Source of the DNA: Octopus vulgaris
Taxonomy: Eukaryota
Direction of reading: 5' to 3'
DNA: 64,000 nucleotides
Assembly: GCA_951406725.2 (NCBI GenBank)
Contig: OX597836.1
Span: 37,200,001 to 37,264,000 of the forward strand
The notes beneath the pieces are model-generated. The model searched no databases and was not told the DNA's origin. It saw only the letters and a list, made by a program, of their open reading frames with translations. The first letter of the stretch is position 1. The number at the start of each line of letters is the position of its first letter. Positions 14,039-29,446 of this stretch are shown here, piece after piece. The position numbers were made by a program, and so were the translations under genes.

Positions 14039-14454
14039 ATTTCAGATCTAAAAATAATCAATATTTTTAAGATATAAATTTAAAATGACTAAAACTATAA
14101 AAAATATAAATTTATCAATGAAAATATAAAGATATATATATATATAATCTATATATAATCTATATATAATCTATATATAATCAAGAACTAATTTAACCTC
14201 TATAAACAATTGAATATAAAGAAACCTAGTATTTAAGTTCTCATATTTAAAGATGAATAATCTAATTTCAAAAAACAAAAATAAAATAAAATGTATAAAC
14301 ACACATGCTCATACACATATATCGAAGTATATATATAAACATATCTAAATACGTACACTAACTCACACACCCGTATATATATATCTATACATACACATAA
14401 ACATCTAGGCAATGATAAATTAATAAAGATGCCGTATACTTAAACACATTACTT

Positions 14455-15665
14455 ATTCGTACTCCCACACACACACATACAACCCTCATTCATAAACACA
14501 CTCAGTCTGCATGACAACCACACATCCAGCATCCGCAAATACTCAACCACAACAACATAAACATTTCATTCTTAGCAATAAACTACCAAATACCGTATAC
14601 CACATATATACAACACCATACATAAATACTTAAAACAAACACACACACACACATATTCCAAATACCACATGCATACAACAAACTTACACAAATACGCAAA
14701 CAAACACACACACACACACACACACACACATTCACACATACATAAACACTCAAAAGAAAACAACATTTCTACACATAAACAATGCACACCCACACACACA
14801 ATCACTCACACACAACACCACTCCCACCGCCATACCAACACAGACGAGTAACAAATTCAGCAGATACATACATTCAGCCACACACATACATTAACATTCT
14901 CTACTCGGCAATATACCATTAAAAACCCCATCACCATTCTAAAACAAAATTATGAATATGAATAATAACTTATATAGAATTATTCTATTATTAAACGTAA
15001 CCTAAACCAATTAAAAACGAATCTATCTATTTATCAAAGCATGTCTAAATTATTTAATAACTAATAACAAAGAAAAGTACGATAAATAGATCAATACATA
15101 AACAACAAGTTTAACATAAGGAGAATATATTATACAAAAACTTATACATATACAATTAAAATTAAGATAGGCGATCTAAAATAATACATACCTTCTATTC
15201 TATTTTAAGTTATGAAGTGAATTTAAAAGTCTAACTGTTATAGCGTTTACAAAATTACGTTATCATAGAAATAGAATATATTTTTTTAATAAAACCTTTG
15301 CACGTGATGAACGAACGTTATTTAAATATTATGAATGGAATAGAATGGAATATGTAAATCAACGTAAATAGACTAAATTTACTAAAAAATTCATTAATAA
15401 AACAATTATGATAAACGAAAACCATACATACAAATATAATGATAAAACCTCCCTTACCAAATACACATTAATAAACCTATATAGCAATCCCCCTAACAAA
15501 TACATTCACACACAAATACACACGCATATATTTACACACACCCACAAACATATACATATACCCACTCACACATACATATACATACGTACAATACTCGATA
15601 AATACACCAATATATTCACACCCACACCCATACGGATAACTAAATAAATACATATACATCCATAA

Positions 15666-15696
<31 letters not shown>

Positions 15697-15729
15697 TATA
15701 TACACATATATATATATATATATATATAC

Positions 15730-15782
<53 letters not shown>

Positions 15783-17157
15783 TCACACATATCATCAAAT
15801 ACACATATATATAAAAATACGCACATTCACAAAAATAAATAAATAAATATTTATTATATGTATATATGAGTGTGTACACGCAAACTGGTGCAATCTCACA
15901 CACATTCAGACATGCATGTATACAAGTGCATATACAAGCACACGCATTTACATAGCACTCATGCAACTCGCATCTACACATGCACTTGTACACGCGCAGA
16001 CATGCACACACACCCATGCACATGCATTCGTACTCCCACACACACACATACAACCCTCATTTATAAACACACTCAGTCTGCATGACAACCACACATCCAG
16101 CATCCGCAAATACTCAACCACAACAACCGAAACATTTCATTCTTAGCAATAAACTACCGAATACCATATACCACATATATACAACACCATACTTAAAACA
16201 AACACACACACACACACACATATATTCCAAATACCACATGCATACAACAAACATACACAAATACGCAAACAAACACACACACACACACACATTCACACAT
16301 ACATAAACACTCAAAAGAAAACAACTTTTCTACACATAAACAATGCACACCCACACACACACACACAATCACTCACACACAACGCCACTCCAACACAGAC
16401 GAGTAACAAATTCAGCAGATACATACATTCAGCCACACATACATTAACATTCTCTACTCGGCAATATACTATTAAAAACCCCATCAACACTCCAAAACAA
16501 AATTATGAATATGAAAAATAACTTATATAGAATTATTCTATTATTAAACGTAACCTAAACCATTTAAAACGAATCTATCTATTTATCAAAGTATGTCTAA
16601 ATTATTTAATAACAAAGAAAATTACGATAAATAGATCAATACATAAACAACAAGTTTAACATAAGGCGAATATATTATACAAAAACTTATACATATACAA
16701 TTAAAATTAAAATAGGAGATCTAAAATAATGCATACCTTCTATTCTATTTAAAGTTATGAAGTGAATTTAAAAGTCTAACTGTTATAGCGTTTACAAAAT
16801 TACGTTATCATAGAAATAGAATATATTCAATAAATTCTTTGCACGTGTTGAACGAACGTTATTTAAATATTATGAATGGAATAGAATGGAATAATATGTT
16901 AATCAACGTAAATAAACTGAATTTACTATAAAATTCATTAATAAAACAATCATGATAAACGAAAACCATACATACAAATATAATGATAAAACCTCACTTA
17001 CCAAATACACATTAATAAACCTATATAGCAATCCCCCTCACAAATACATTCACATACAAATACACACACATATTTACACACACCCACAAACATATACATA
17101 TACCCACTCACACATACATATACATACGTACAATACTCAATAAATACATATACATCC

Positions 17158-17201
<44 letters not shown>

Positions 17202-17441
17202 TCACATATATCATCAAATACACATATATATAAAAAAATACGCACATTCACAAAAAAAAAATATTTATTATTTGTATATATGAGTCTGTACACTCAAACT
17301 GGTGCAATCTCGCGCACATTCAAACATGCATGTATACAAGTGCATACACAAGCACACGCATTTACATAGCTCTCATGCAGCTCGCATCTACACATGCACT
17401 TGTACACGCGCACACATACACACTCACCCCTGCACATGCAT
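14455..17441. repeat. Tandem duplication of ~1.5 kb (14455-16025 and 16026-17441)
   Basis: Both units begin ATTCGTACTCCCACAC and end GCACATGC; colinear with small indels. Confidence 0.93.
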
Positions 17442-17677
17442 AATCACGGACACCCTCCTAAACATCTATATATACTAATATATGGCTACACACAATACCC
17501 AAAATAAAACTACTATGATAAACACCAATATAATACATGGGGACTGAATTTACTGAGAAGAGACATGAAACAATTGTAGTGGCGAATATAATTTTATTTA
17601 ATTTATATTAAATTTTTTTAATGTATTGGATTAAGTTTTTCTTTGTTTGAATTGCAAAATAGTGGTTTTGTCTCTAA

Positions 17678-17728
<51 letters not shown>

Positions 17729-17778
17729 ATTGAAGAAATGGAGTTGAACGAAGATTGAACAGAAATCGTTTTATTGCA

Positions 17779-17858
17779 TTCTACACGTGTTTCGAAAGCC
17801 ACAATTTACCAAATTCCGATTGAATAAGGAGACCATATTGTGTCTTTCTCTTCAGGAA
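17779..17858 (-). ncRNA. Type I hammerhead with extended stem II, inside a (TA)n-embedded repeat (~17724-18004)
   Basis: TTC-CTGAAGA-GAAAGACACAAT...ATTGTGGCTTTC-GAAA-CACGTG-TA-GAA. Confidence 0.8.
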
Positions 17859-18001
17859 GAAATAGGAATTCCGTTGGCATAAACAAAAACAGAACAGAGG
17901 CGCAGCAAAACAAATCGAACGAGGCTCCTAAGAGCCCATGGCCAAGGTATCGGTTAAACTTTTGATTAATCTGCAACAAGATTATTCATCTTTCTATTTC
18001 A

Positions 18002-18071
<70 letters not shown>

Positions 18072-18174
18072 CACTCACTAGCCGAACTTTTAATTTGATA
18101 CATCTCTTCTAAACTCGTTGAATACAGAAGAGAAATGTGAAACGTACTTCGTTATGTGTCGCGTTATCCTCCGC

Positions 18175-18242
<68 letters not shown>

Positions 18243-18719
18243 GACAGACTTATGCACAAACGCAAGCACATACACACACGCGCACACATACATACACATG
18301 CATATATGTATTAACACACAAGAGAAATATCGCAGAGAGAAATGACTCAGGATTTGTTGCAGTGCTACGTCCACCTAAGATCGTGTTGCTCACGTCTGGA
18401 ATGACTTTGGTTATAATTATCTTCCCATAAAGGCTATTCGAAGCAATACCGAAAGCCATATTTTAAATATCATATTAGTTGCTACAAAATGACTTATCTA
18501 AATACTAAACGTTGAACTCGTATCTGAAAATATCGATATATCATAAAGCTGTGCGTAGATAATGAATCTAGATGGAGTTAAAACAACATAAATACATCAC
18601 ATATATGAAAATTGAGCTTTTGAATTACTCTACCTCACTTTTAATATCTTTCTCATTGATAATAAATTATAAAAGCGATACCATAACTCGTTGTAACAGA
18701 GATGCTAATAAGGGCTAAT

Positions 18720-19086
18720 AATGATTTCAAATTTTGCCACAAGGGCAGCTTGTGGAAGGAGGGTTAAGCCGATTATATCGACCCCAGTGCGTAACAAGTA
18801 TTTATTTACTTGACCCCGAAAGGATGAAAGGCAAAGTCGACCTCAGTGGAATTTGAACTCCGAACGTGGCGACAGACGAAATATCTATTTCTTTATGCCC
18901 ACAAGGGGTTACACACAGATTGTACAAACAAGGTCAGACAAACGGATTCAGACTTTGCCTTTCATCTTTTCGGGGTCGATAAATAAAGTACCAGTTCCAC
19001 ACTGGGGTCGATGTAATCGATTTAATCCCTTTGTCTGTCGTTGTTTGTCCCCTCTATGTTTAGCCCCTTGTAGGTAGTAAAGGAAT
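18720..19086. mobile_element. SINE C composite (minus 18720-18950, plus 18951-19086)
   Basis: SINE C core and tail on both strands. Confidence 0.8.
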
Positions 19087-19152
19087 ATATATGCTGGTAG
19101 GGATTGCAATCGCCGCTCGATCGGTGTTTTCAGGTGATTGTAGCCTCTGTCA

Positions 19153-19229
<77 letters not shown>

Positions 19230-19255
19230 CATACATACATACATACATACACACA

Positions 19256-19291
<36 letters not shown>

Positions 19292-19482
19292 TAGACGTAG
19301 GAGTGGCTATAGACGCAGGAGTGGCTGTGTGGTAAGTAGCTTGCTTACCAACCACATGGTTCCGGGTTCAGTCCCACTGCGTGGCATCTTGGGCAAGTAT
19401 CTTCTGCTATAGCCCCGGGCCGACCAATGCCTTGTGAATGAATTTGGTAGACGGAAACTGAAAGAAGCCTGTCGTATATATG

Positions 19483-19555
<73 letters not shown>

Positions 19556-19780
19556 GTGTGTGTGTATATGTTTGTGTGTGTTTTTGTCCCCCTAGCATTG
19601 CTTGACAACCGATGGTGGTGTGTTTACGTCCCCGTCACTTTGCGGTTCGGCAAAAGAGACCGATAGAATAAGTACTGGGCTTACAAAGAATAAGACCCGG
19701 GGTCGATTTGCTCGACTAAAGGCGGTGCACCAGCATGGCCGCAGTCAAATAACTGAATCAAGTAAAAGAGAGAGAGAGTA
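19292..19780 (+). mobile_element. SINE A, full length
   Basis: A and B boxes, body and tail as in 355-813; first ~18 nt duplicated. Confidence 0.9.
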
Positions 19781-19812
19781 TATATATATATATGTATGTA
19801 TGTATATATATA

Positions 19813-19911
<99 letters not shown>

Positions 19912-20178
19912 TTAATAAGCTTGGAAAGGGAGAAATCCAATGAATACAAATTGATTTATCGATTAATTAACATCTTCTCCTACAGTAGTTTCATTCGGCG
20001 ATCAACTTAAACTACAAGACGTATATAAATATATAAGCCTGCATTTCGAAATACCTTGGGTAAGAAATCATCAGGGCATAAAACAGAACAACACAAGGAT
20101 TATGATTAGTTGAAATAGACCAAAAGTCTAAGACGATATATGCATATTTATTACGTGTGCATGTATGTGTATATATTT

Positions 20179-20347
20179 AGGCGTGGTTGCGTGGTAAGAA
20201 GTTTGCTTCTCAAGTACACGGTTCCGGGTCGGTTCCACCGCGGGGCATCTTGGGCAAGTGTCTTTTACTATGGTCTCGGGACGACCAAAGTCTTGTGAGT
20301 GGATTGTTAGATGGAAATTGAAAGTCCGCCGTATATATATATATATG

Positions 20348-20400
<53 letters not shown>

Positions 20401-20420
20401 ATATATATGTATGTGTATAT

Positions 20421-20454
<34 letters not shown>

Positions 20455-20550
20455 AGATATGTATGTATGTATCTATTCTATATATATATATATACACATA
20501 TACATATATATATAGGTATATATGTATGTATCTATTCTATATATATATAT

Positions 20551-20604
<54 letters not shown>

Positions 20605-20809
20605 CGTTTGTGTTTCCCCCTCCTCACAGTCAACACCAATGTTGGTGAGGACTTTATGTCCCCGTAACGTAGCGTTTCGGTGAAAGAGACCAATAGAATC
20701 AGTACTAGGCTTACGAAGAATAAGTCCTAGGTTCGATTTGCTTGATCAAAAGCGCTGCTCCAGCATGGCCGTAGTCAAATGACTGAAACAAGGAAAAGAG
20801 TAAAAGAGT
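20179..20809 (+). mobile_element. SINE A with expanded internal (TA)n
   Basis: Head 20179-20335, tail 20600-20809. Confidence 0.8.
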
Positions 20810-20976
20810 ATATATGAGCATATACGCGGGGGTGCTGACAATTCTTTGGCTTTAAGGATGTCATGAAAGCCGTGGTTGGTGGCCCCAACTTCCGAATTCT
20901 TTTACACAACTTAGAAAGTTCACTACTATAATCTGTGTGAATCTGAGAAGGGAATATGTTGAATAATATCATAGTT

Positions 20977-21240
20977 AGGCGCAGGAGTGGCTGTGCGGTA
21001 AGTGGGTTGCTAACCAAGCACATGGTTCCGGGTTCAGTCCCACTGCATGGCACCTTGGGCAAGTGTCTTCTACTATAACCTCGGGCCAACCGAAGCCTTG
21101 AAAGAATCCCGTCGTATGCGTGTATGTGTGTGTGTGTGTGTGTTTGTCTGTGTGTTTGTGTGTGTGTGTGTGTGTTTGTGTGTTTGTGTGTGTGTGTGTA
21201 TGTATGTGTGTGTGTGTGTTTGTGTGTGTGTATGTGTGTG

Positions 21241-21273
<33 letters not shown>

Positions 21274-21492
21274 ATGTGTGTGTGTGTGTGTGTGTGTTTG
21301 TCTGTCCAACATCGCTTGAGAACCGATGCTGGTATGTTTACGTCCCCTGTCACTTAGCGGTTCGGCAAGAAAGACCGGTAGAATAAATACAAGTCTTACA
21401 AAGAATAAGTCCTGGGGTCTTATTTGCTCGACTAAAGGCGGCGCTCCAGCATAGCCACAGTCAAGTAAAAGAGTTAAAGAGTAAAATGAGAG
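20977..21492 (+). mobile_element. SINE A, full length, internal (GT)n
   Basis: AGGCGCAGGAGTGGCTGTGCGGTAAG head; GCTCCAGCATAGCCACAGTC tail. Confidence 0.9.
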
Positions 21493-21972
21493 TTTAGTGA
21501 TCCACCACTGTTTTCTTTTCACTGAAGACAGGAACATTTCAGCACATCCCCTTATATGTATGTCTATATGTACATATATACTTTTGTATATATATATATA
21601 TTTGTATGTGAGAGCACATATATGTGCGTAGAGTAGTGCCAGTAGAGCATTGTGTGATATCCAAGGATAAGACTGATATTATTGAAAAATCAATACAATG
21701 CTGATGAAATGTAGGAGTGAAAACGGAGGTAATGAGAACGAAGATAACACATATGTTTGTACATTATTTAATATTTCTATGTTTCGGGGTTAATGGGACA
21801 TCGTCAGGAAACTGGTGAGGTTCGAGTCTTTCGAATCATGCTATTATCTCTTGTTATCTCTTGTTTTCATTATTTTAGTTATCAATGTTTTATCTCTGTT
21901 TGCATTGTATCGGTTTTTGAAAAGTTTCAGTTTTAATCTAAAACAGATAGATAGAGAGAGAGAGAGAGATAA

Positions 21973-22041
<69 letters not shown>

Positions 22042-22108
22042 CAGACAAACACACACACACACAGAGACACACAGACAGACACACTGACAGATACACAGAC
22101 AGACACAC

Positions 22109-22188
<80 letters not shown>

Positions 22189-22624
22189 GGATGCATGCAT
22201 GCATGCATGGATGCTCTGATGGAGAGACAGGCAGATGGATAGATACATATTTACATACATTATATACACCCATACACACAAAACTCACTAGCAACATCCA
22301 CACAGATACATATATCTTCACACTATTAAAGGAAAAGAAATAAGCGAAAGTATCACGCACCCATATTAAAATGAACACACACACTCACACATAGGGACAT
22401 ACACACTCAGAAACACACACTGACAAACACACATACATACACATATACATGCAATAAACACACATGCATACTAGCACATATAGAAGTCATATGTCACACA
22501 CACAGATAATTACACAACATTATTTATCTTGCTTGTTAACGTGTGAATATATATTTCAATTGTACAAAGAATTTCCATGACATCTCTCTCTCTCTCTCAA
22601 TACAATTCATTTCCATATGATATA

Positions 22625-22721
22625 TGTGCGTGGTACCTAGGGCATCTGTCTTCTAATTTAACCACGGGCCGACCAAAATTTTGTGATTGAATTTGGTAAA
22701 TGGAAACTAGAAATGACTGCC

Positions 22722-22806
<85 letters not shown>

Positions 22807-23030
22807 TATGTGTGTGTGTGTGTTGGGGGCCTGTGTTTGTTCTTTAACACTGCTTGACAACTTGTGTTGGTGGTTTTATGCTGCTGTAATCTGGCGGTTC
22901 GGCAAAAGTAACCGATAGGATACGTAACAGGCTTAGCAAATAATTAAGTACTGGTATGGACTCACTCCACCCAAATTTGTTTCAGGCGGTGCTCCAGCCT
23001 GACCACTGAAAAAAGTAGGGGGTAGAAGAT
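22625..23030 (+). mobile_element. SINE A, diverged and 5' truncated
   Basis: GGGCCGACCAAA...TTTGGTA, GCGGTTCGGCAAAA, GGCGGTGCTCCAGC. Confidence 0.7.
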
Positions 23031-23047
23031 AAAGATACATACACACT

Positions 23048-23116
<69 letters not shown>

Positions 23117-23145
23117 GTATGTATATATATATGTATATATATATG

Positions 23146-23179
<34 letters not shown>

Positions 23180-23228
23180 CACACACATACCTATGAACAA
23201 AAATATATGAACATATACATATATATAC

Positions 23229-23279
<51 letters not shown>

Positions 23280-23324
23280 CATACATACATACATACATAC
23301 ATACGTATATATGTGTGTGTATGA

Positions 23325-23355
<31 letters not shown>

Positions 23356-24202
23356 CATGATCTCATTTATGTCACCTAATTTTACAATTTCCGTGTACTA
23401 ACGGAAAGCGAGAACCGATGCAAATGATTGTACACATGCATACGTACATATATATATATATATACATTTCTATATACATGTATATATGCATACACAAATA
23501 TATTTATATATTTATACATATATTGTGTGTGTATTATATATATATATATATATATTGCGTGCGTATTATATAGAATATATTATATGCGAGCATGTGTAAG
23601 TGTTGTATACGCGTTTATATGTGCAGCTGAAATTAATTTACTTAAGTATTATTAATGCACAAAAGCTTGTTCAATCGTGAAAGCAGATCTCATGGCTAAA
23701 CCACGGGCTCTCTGTTTAAGCCAATCGGCAATTTTTAACGCATCACTGGCGCATAGATACATATGCAAATTAATAATCACAGAATCTGATGCAAATTGTA
23801 ATATGGTCTTACTCATAATTAGTGGTTCGCTATTCCGTCCTTTTAGTTTCATCACCCAAGCGAACACACACTCCCACGGGCATACACACACTTCTTATGG
23901 GCCACCAATGACGAGTTCTAACTACATTTCTTCGATTTCTTTTGCACAAAGAACGTTGCGGTTTAGCCAAAGGTTTATTTATGCAACTAATATTCATGTA
24001 TGTTTATGAAACGCCCGCTTGTGCACATATGAACAGCTTATTTTATATACATGTTTATTAACATATACACAATTTACGCACACTGTATGTGTGTATGTGC
24101 GTAATTATATTAGATATTTATATGCATACTTGTATATATGTACATACATGTACGTGTGTGTTTGTGTGTGTGCACGTATGTGTGCCCGTGTGTGAGAATG
24201 TT

Positions 24203-24246
<44 letters not shown>

Positions 24247-24410
24247 TATATATATATCAATCTATCTCTCTCTGTCTCTCTACTCTGTGCGTGTGTAGAT
24301 GCGTATGCCAATTTTATTTAGTACCTCTGTCTAACGAGTTCAAATTGCTCCGAAGTTTCGATCGCGTGCTTTCCTGCTTGATGCACTTCTGCACTTCCAT
24401 AATATCCGTT

Positions 24411-24512
<102 letters not shown>

Positions 24513-24618
24513 ATATATATTATATATATATATATATTATATATATATGTATTATGTATATATATATATATATATGATATATATATGATATATATTATAT
24601 ATATATATGATCTATATA

Positions 24619-24653
<35 letters not shown>

Positions 24654-24671
24654 CTATATATGATATATATA

Positions 24672-24722
<51 letters not shown>

Positions 24723-25471
24723 ATATATTATATATATGTGTTTGTGTGATCGTGACAAATAGAAAGGATGAAAAAGAATCAAGATATACGATACACTGTA
24801 CAGTATATACATTTATTTTTCGTTATTATCATATGGCTTTTCAGCTGACATAGTTTTTTTTTTCTGTTTTAGTTTTTGGGGGTATGTGGTTGGGAAAGGA
24901 ATTCCGTATAGGCAGTTATTTACTATATTCTCTATGCTCATGTTTCTGTATGAAGATATTTTAAATTCTGAATTAAGAAGCATGTAATCAGATTCTCGGT
25001 TTACAAGTAACGAAAACACTTTTGATTGAAAGACAATATTGATTCCAGACTATGAAATAGAGAATTATGAAAAGAAATAAAGGAAAAAAGCTTCGGACAA
25101 TATGAACGGCAGAACATATCAATAATGTAACAATGGGTTTGATAAAAATTATTAATGCTATTTCGCATGTTATTTATCATGAAGATCACAATGCTTTTTT
25201 AAAAATATTTTCTTTATGTTTTCGAAATTTTAACACTCTAGATGAAAGAGTTAGATATTAGTCGCTTAGTTTTCTATATTGCTGTCTCGTCCATTTTGTC
25301 CTGAAAATCTCGTGCACGATCACACTTAGGCACATACAAGTTTATTTATATGTGTTTGTACAAACATATAGAGAGCCGAATGTGTTGATGTATATCTTTT
25401 GATATGTGTACGCTTCAGTGTATGTATATACATGCATAGATATATTTTATGAATGTCTATTTACTCATATA

Positions 25472-25559
<88 letters not shown>

Positions 25560-25562
<3 letters not shown>

Positions 25563-25745
25563 TGGGAGAGTTTACGAAAAAAAAAAAAAAGACGAAGGCA
25601 GGTGGTGTACAAAACAAACAGATGTATTAGTATAACGCTCAAGAATAAAAAAAAGTCTTTTACGTTTCGAGCCTACGCTTTTCTACAGAAAGGGACATAG
25701 AAATCAAGGAGAGAAAACAATGTGTGTAGTGGCTAACGATCTATA
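25560..25745 (-). mobile_element. PLE-type terminus with CUGUAGA hammerhead variant (25657-25692)
   Basis: Reverse complement of the 35780-35937 unit; abuts (TA)n. Confidence 0.75.
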
Positions 25746-26307
25746 TACATGTTGTGTGTGTGTATGTGCGTACATATGCATATATATGTGTATGTGTGCA
25801 TGTATATAAATATAAGCATGTATGTATCTATGTCTGTAACATTTATGTATCTTTGCTTCAAGTTTTCTTTAACATTCTCGAGCACACCTCAACATGAGAA
25901 GACCTACTACTGCGAAAATATGACTCACAGAAAATTCTTCTGTTGCCCGACATGCAACGGAAAATGCATTGGTCTATGAGAATGCATTGGGCTACTAATG
26001 ACGTCATTGGATCGTGTCACAATCATCCTAAGTCCAAGTCTGGTTGAATGTGTTAAATAGGACTTGTTCCAACGCTCCATCGTGCGATTTTATTTATCTA
26101 TGCTCACATACGTACACTCACACACATGCGTACACCCACATATATATATATATTCATACAAACATACATTCATAAACACATACATATACACACATATATA
26201 TATATATACATATGCATATGTATGTATGTTTTATATTTGGTAGTCTGAATTCTTTCTCTGAGGAAACAACTGTTTTCCAACAAGATATAATGCTCCATCG
26301 TTGGAAT

Positions 26308-26660
26308 TACTCTTTTACTCTTTTACTTGTTTCAGTCATTTGACTGCGGCCATGCTGGAGGACCGCCTTTAATCGAGCAACTCGACCCCGGGACTTATTC
26401 TTTTGTAAGCCCAGTACTTATTCTATCGGTCTCTTTTGCCGAACCGCTAAGTAACGGGGACATAAACACACCAGCATCGGTTGTCAATAATGCTAGGGGG
26501 ACAAACACAGACACACATACATACACGTACACATATACATATATATATACATATATACGATGGGCTTCTTTTCAGTTTCCGTCTACCAAATCCACTCACA
26601 AGGCTTTGGTTGGCCCGAGGCTATAGTAGAAGACACTCGCCCAAGGTGCCACGCAGTGGA
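26308..26660 (-). mobile_element. SINE A lacking most of the head
   Basis: Colinear with 355-750. Confidence 0.88.
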
Positions 26661-26962
26661 TTTTTTACTGTTCCACTTAACGATTGTATTTGTAATTTGC
26701 GAATTAGTTGTTTGATTTTTTTTTATTGAAAACACGACTTTATCCAAACTACCATTTAAGCATTTACCGAAGAAACCTAATGCACCAATCATTAATAGTA
26801 TTTATGTGAATTTATAACCTGGATATGAATGTTTTGAAGCTGTGGTCCATAGATGTCCTATTTCCCTCTGATTCTCAAAGCAATACTCACATCAGAAGGA
26901 TAGCTGACTTCTATCATGGTCCATACTTTTTCTTATCTGTCGCAAGCATTAATAACCGGCAT

Positions 26963-27418
26963 GAGTACCAGTTACGGACTGGGTTCGATATAATCGACTT
27001 AATCCGTCTGTCTGTCCTTGTTTGTCTCCTCTGTATTTAGCCCCTTGTAGGTAGTAAAGAAATAGGTATTTCGTCTGCCGCTACGTTCTAAGTTCAAATT
27101 CCGCCGAGGTCGACTTTGCCTTTCATCCTTTCGGTGTTGATTAAATAAGTACCAGTTACGCACTGGGGTCGATATAATCGACTTAATGCATTTGTTTGTC
27201 CTTGTTTGTCGCCTCTGTGTGTAGCTCCTTGTGGGCAGTAAAAAATAGGTATTTCGTCTGCCGCTGCGTTCTGAATTCAAATTCCGCCGAGGTCGACTTT
27301 GCCTTTCATCATTTCGGGGTCGATGAAGTAAGTACCAGTTGCACACTGGACTCGATATAATCGACTAGCCCCCTTCCCCAAAACTTTCAAGGCCTTGTGC
27401 CTAGAGTAGAAATGATAA
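26963..27418 (+). mobile_element. SINE C head-to-tail array (one partial plus two units)
   Basis: Junction AAATAG|GTATTTCGTC at ~27066 and ~27248. Confidence 0.9.
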
Positions 27419-27541
27419 TAATTATTATTATTATTAATGTCAATAGAAGCTATAGAGAAATAAACGATATGTGCCGAAAGTTAGTTATATAGATCTACCT
27501 TTAACAGTACATTAACCACACACACACACACACACATATAT

Positions 27542-27604
<63 letters not shown>

Positions 27605-28127
27605 GAGAGAGAGAGAGAGAGAGATCTTGTGACATATACGGATATAAAATTGCTTTGGGCGATATAAGATATTGAGTTTACTCTGTAACAAAAACGTCTT
27701 GGAAGGGCTCCCTAATTTATTATTTTAGAAAAAGAATTAATTCGCACTGACTCTACATAACAGAAGACTATATAGGAAATAAATAGAATACACCTTGGGG
27801 CCTATTACTATTTTTTTCCGAATCAATACAATTTGGAATACACTTAAAGTTTCTGTTTACGTGCAATGGAAAAATCGTTTGTACAGAAATAAACATTTTA
27901 CAGACAATAGTGTTTTAAGATTTTGAACCGGAAAGTTGATGCGTTATGGGTCTAAGTAGTGACAGACCAAGCCAGGACATCAATTTTATCGTCTTTGTAT
28001 TTGTGTGTCTACAGGCAAAACAACGTTTTATTCATGGCCAACACGTTCGTTGGCTTGCGCAGAAACATACGTACACACATATTCACGCATTTAAATGTAT
28101 ATATATAGGTGTGTATATATATATATA

Positions 28128-28350
28128 CAGTTGCGGCCAAAATGTTCAGAACGGCATTGTTTTCGTCAGAAAAGTAGGTATATGTTTTTATCAATGTTGT
28201 TTTATATTCTATAATTTTCACAGACAATAAATACGATATTATTTGTTATTGTCTGAGATGCTGGTGTAATTTGAGAGGATAATACAAAAGTTATGGATGA
28301 TTTAGTGATTTACTGCAAAACCCATGGTGGCCAAAATGATCAGAACCGTT
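28128..28350. mobile_element. Probable Tc1 IR/DR-type terminus
   Basis: TA-CAGTTGCGGCCAAAATGTTCAGAAC at the edge of a (TA)n tract; inner repeat GGCCAAAATGATCAGAAC ~194 bp downstream. Confidence 0.55.
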
Positions 28351-29446
28351 GAAAAATTAAATGCATGTACGCTGCATATTTTCTTCGAAATATGCGAAAA
28401 AGTACAGATCATTGAATATAGAAGCTTAGTTCATTTAATTTGCTATACATCGAAAACAGTGGTTAGTGCCTTCAAAATTTATTCATTATTCATTAGAAAC
28501 TGATGACTAAACAAATTCTCTTTTGCTATTTTCTGGTGCCGTGCCTTTATTTTCCATTCTGGAAATGACTAGATGTGTTTGTTCCTTTGTATTATTTTTT
28601 TCGAATTTATTCCGTTGCACATTACGAGACTAAATATCTTTTATATTATTGAAATGTTAACCTCAGTTGGTGCATATAATGACTAATCGTTTGAGGGGAT
28701 GATGGGGTACAGAACAATTGGAAAATTATTAATAGCACTAAATACCACGAATTCAAAATCTCATTATGTAAATTCCTTCCATTGAATTTACAATTATTTA
28801 AGCAATAAAAACGTGCTGCCATGCAATCTTTTGTATCGATATTTTTATTCGCTTGATTTCAGTCGTCTTAGGAATGTCATAAAATGCAATTTGCAATACG
28901 GGGACTACAAAATTATATTAAAAATAAATTTTAGAATACACGTTTCATATTAAGGAACATTTAGAAGTAATTCTCTTTCTCGTCTTATTCTTTTGTACTT
29001 TTATTCCAGAAATTATTCTTATCTTGTAAAGGTTCCGTTTACATTTTGCTTAATTTAGCTGTTTTGTTTTTTCTTTAAGGAATTATTTGAAATGAATTGA
29101 GTTTGAACAATAACAGAAATTAACCCCAAATATTGCCTCCAAGAATCGTGAAACATAACCGAGCAAAAGTGTCATATTTTAATCTAATTTTACAAGATTA
29201 GTGTTATTCTGTGATTAAGACGTTCGCTAAGTTACAGTGTTCTTGACAGTTCAATCACTGTGAATGGAACCTTTGGCAAATTCTATCGTTTAACACATGT
29301 CATGTGAGTGAGATCTGACAGAGAGAAAATGTAACAACCCGCCCCAATATATAACTCATACATATGCGATGGGTTTTGGTAAGCAGCATCGATTTTTACA
29401 ATTCTGTAAATAATAATAATAATATAATATTTTATAAGCTTAATTC

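Larger units (their letters stand above)
13817..17690 (-). mobile_element. ~3.9-kb non-coding PLE-dependent element with hammerhead and inverted terminal copy
   Basis: ~13885-14022 is inverted at 17553-17690; flanked by (TA)n; terminal sequence recurs at 51790-51930 and 59642-59800. Confidence 0.7.

Noticed and set aside
21774-21812. Hammerhead-like TTTC-CTGACGA...GAAA-CA-TA-GAAA on minus
   Set aside because: Stem II cannot pair; at best a decayed copy, so not counted.
24813-25189. Faint resemblance to a PLE GIY-YIG C-terminus (LLNSEFKISSYR)
   Set aside because: Too degenerate; key Cys, His and Glu residues cannot be placed.
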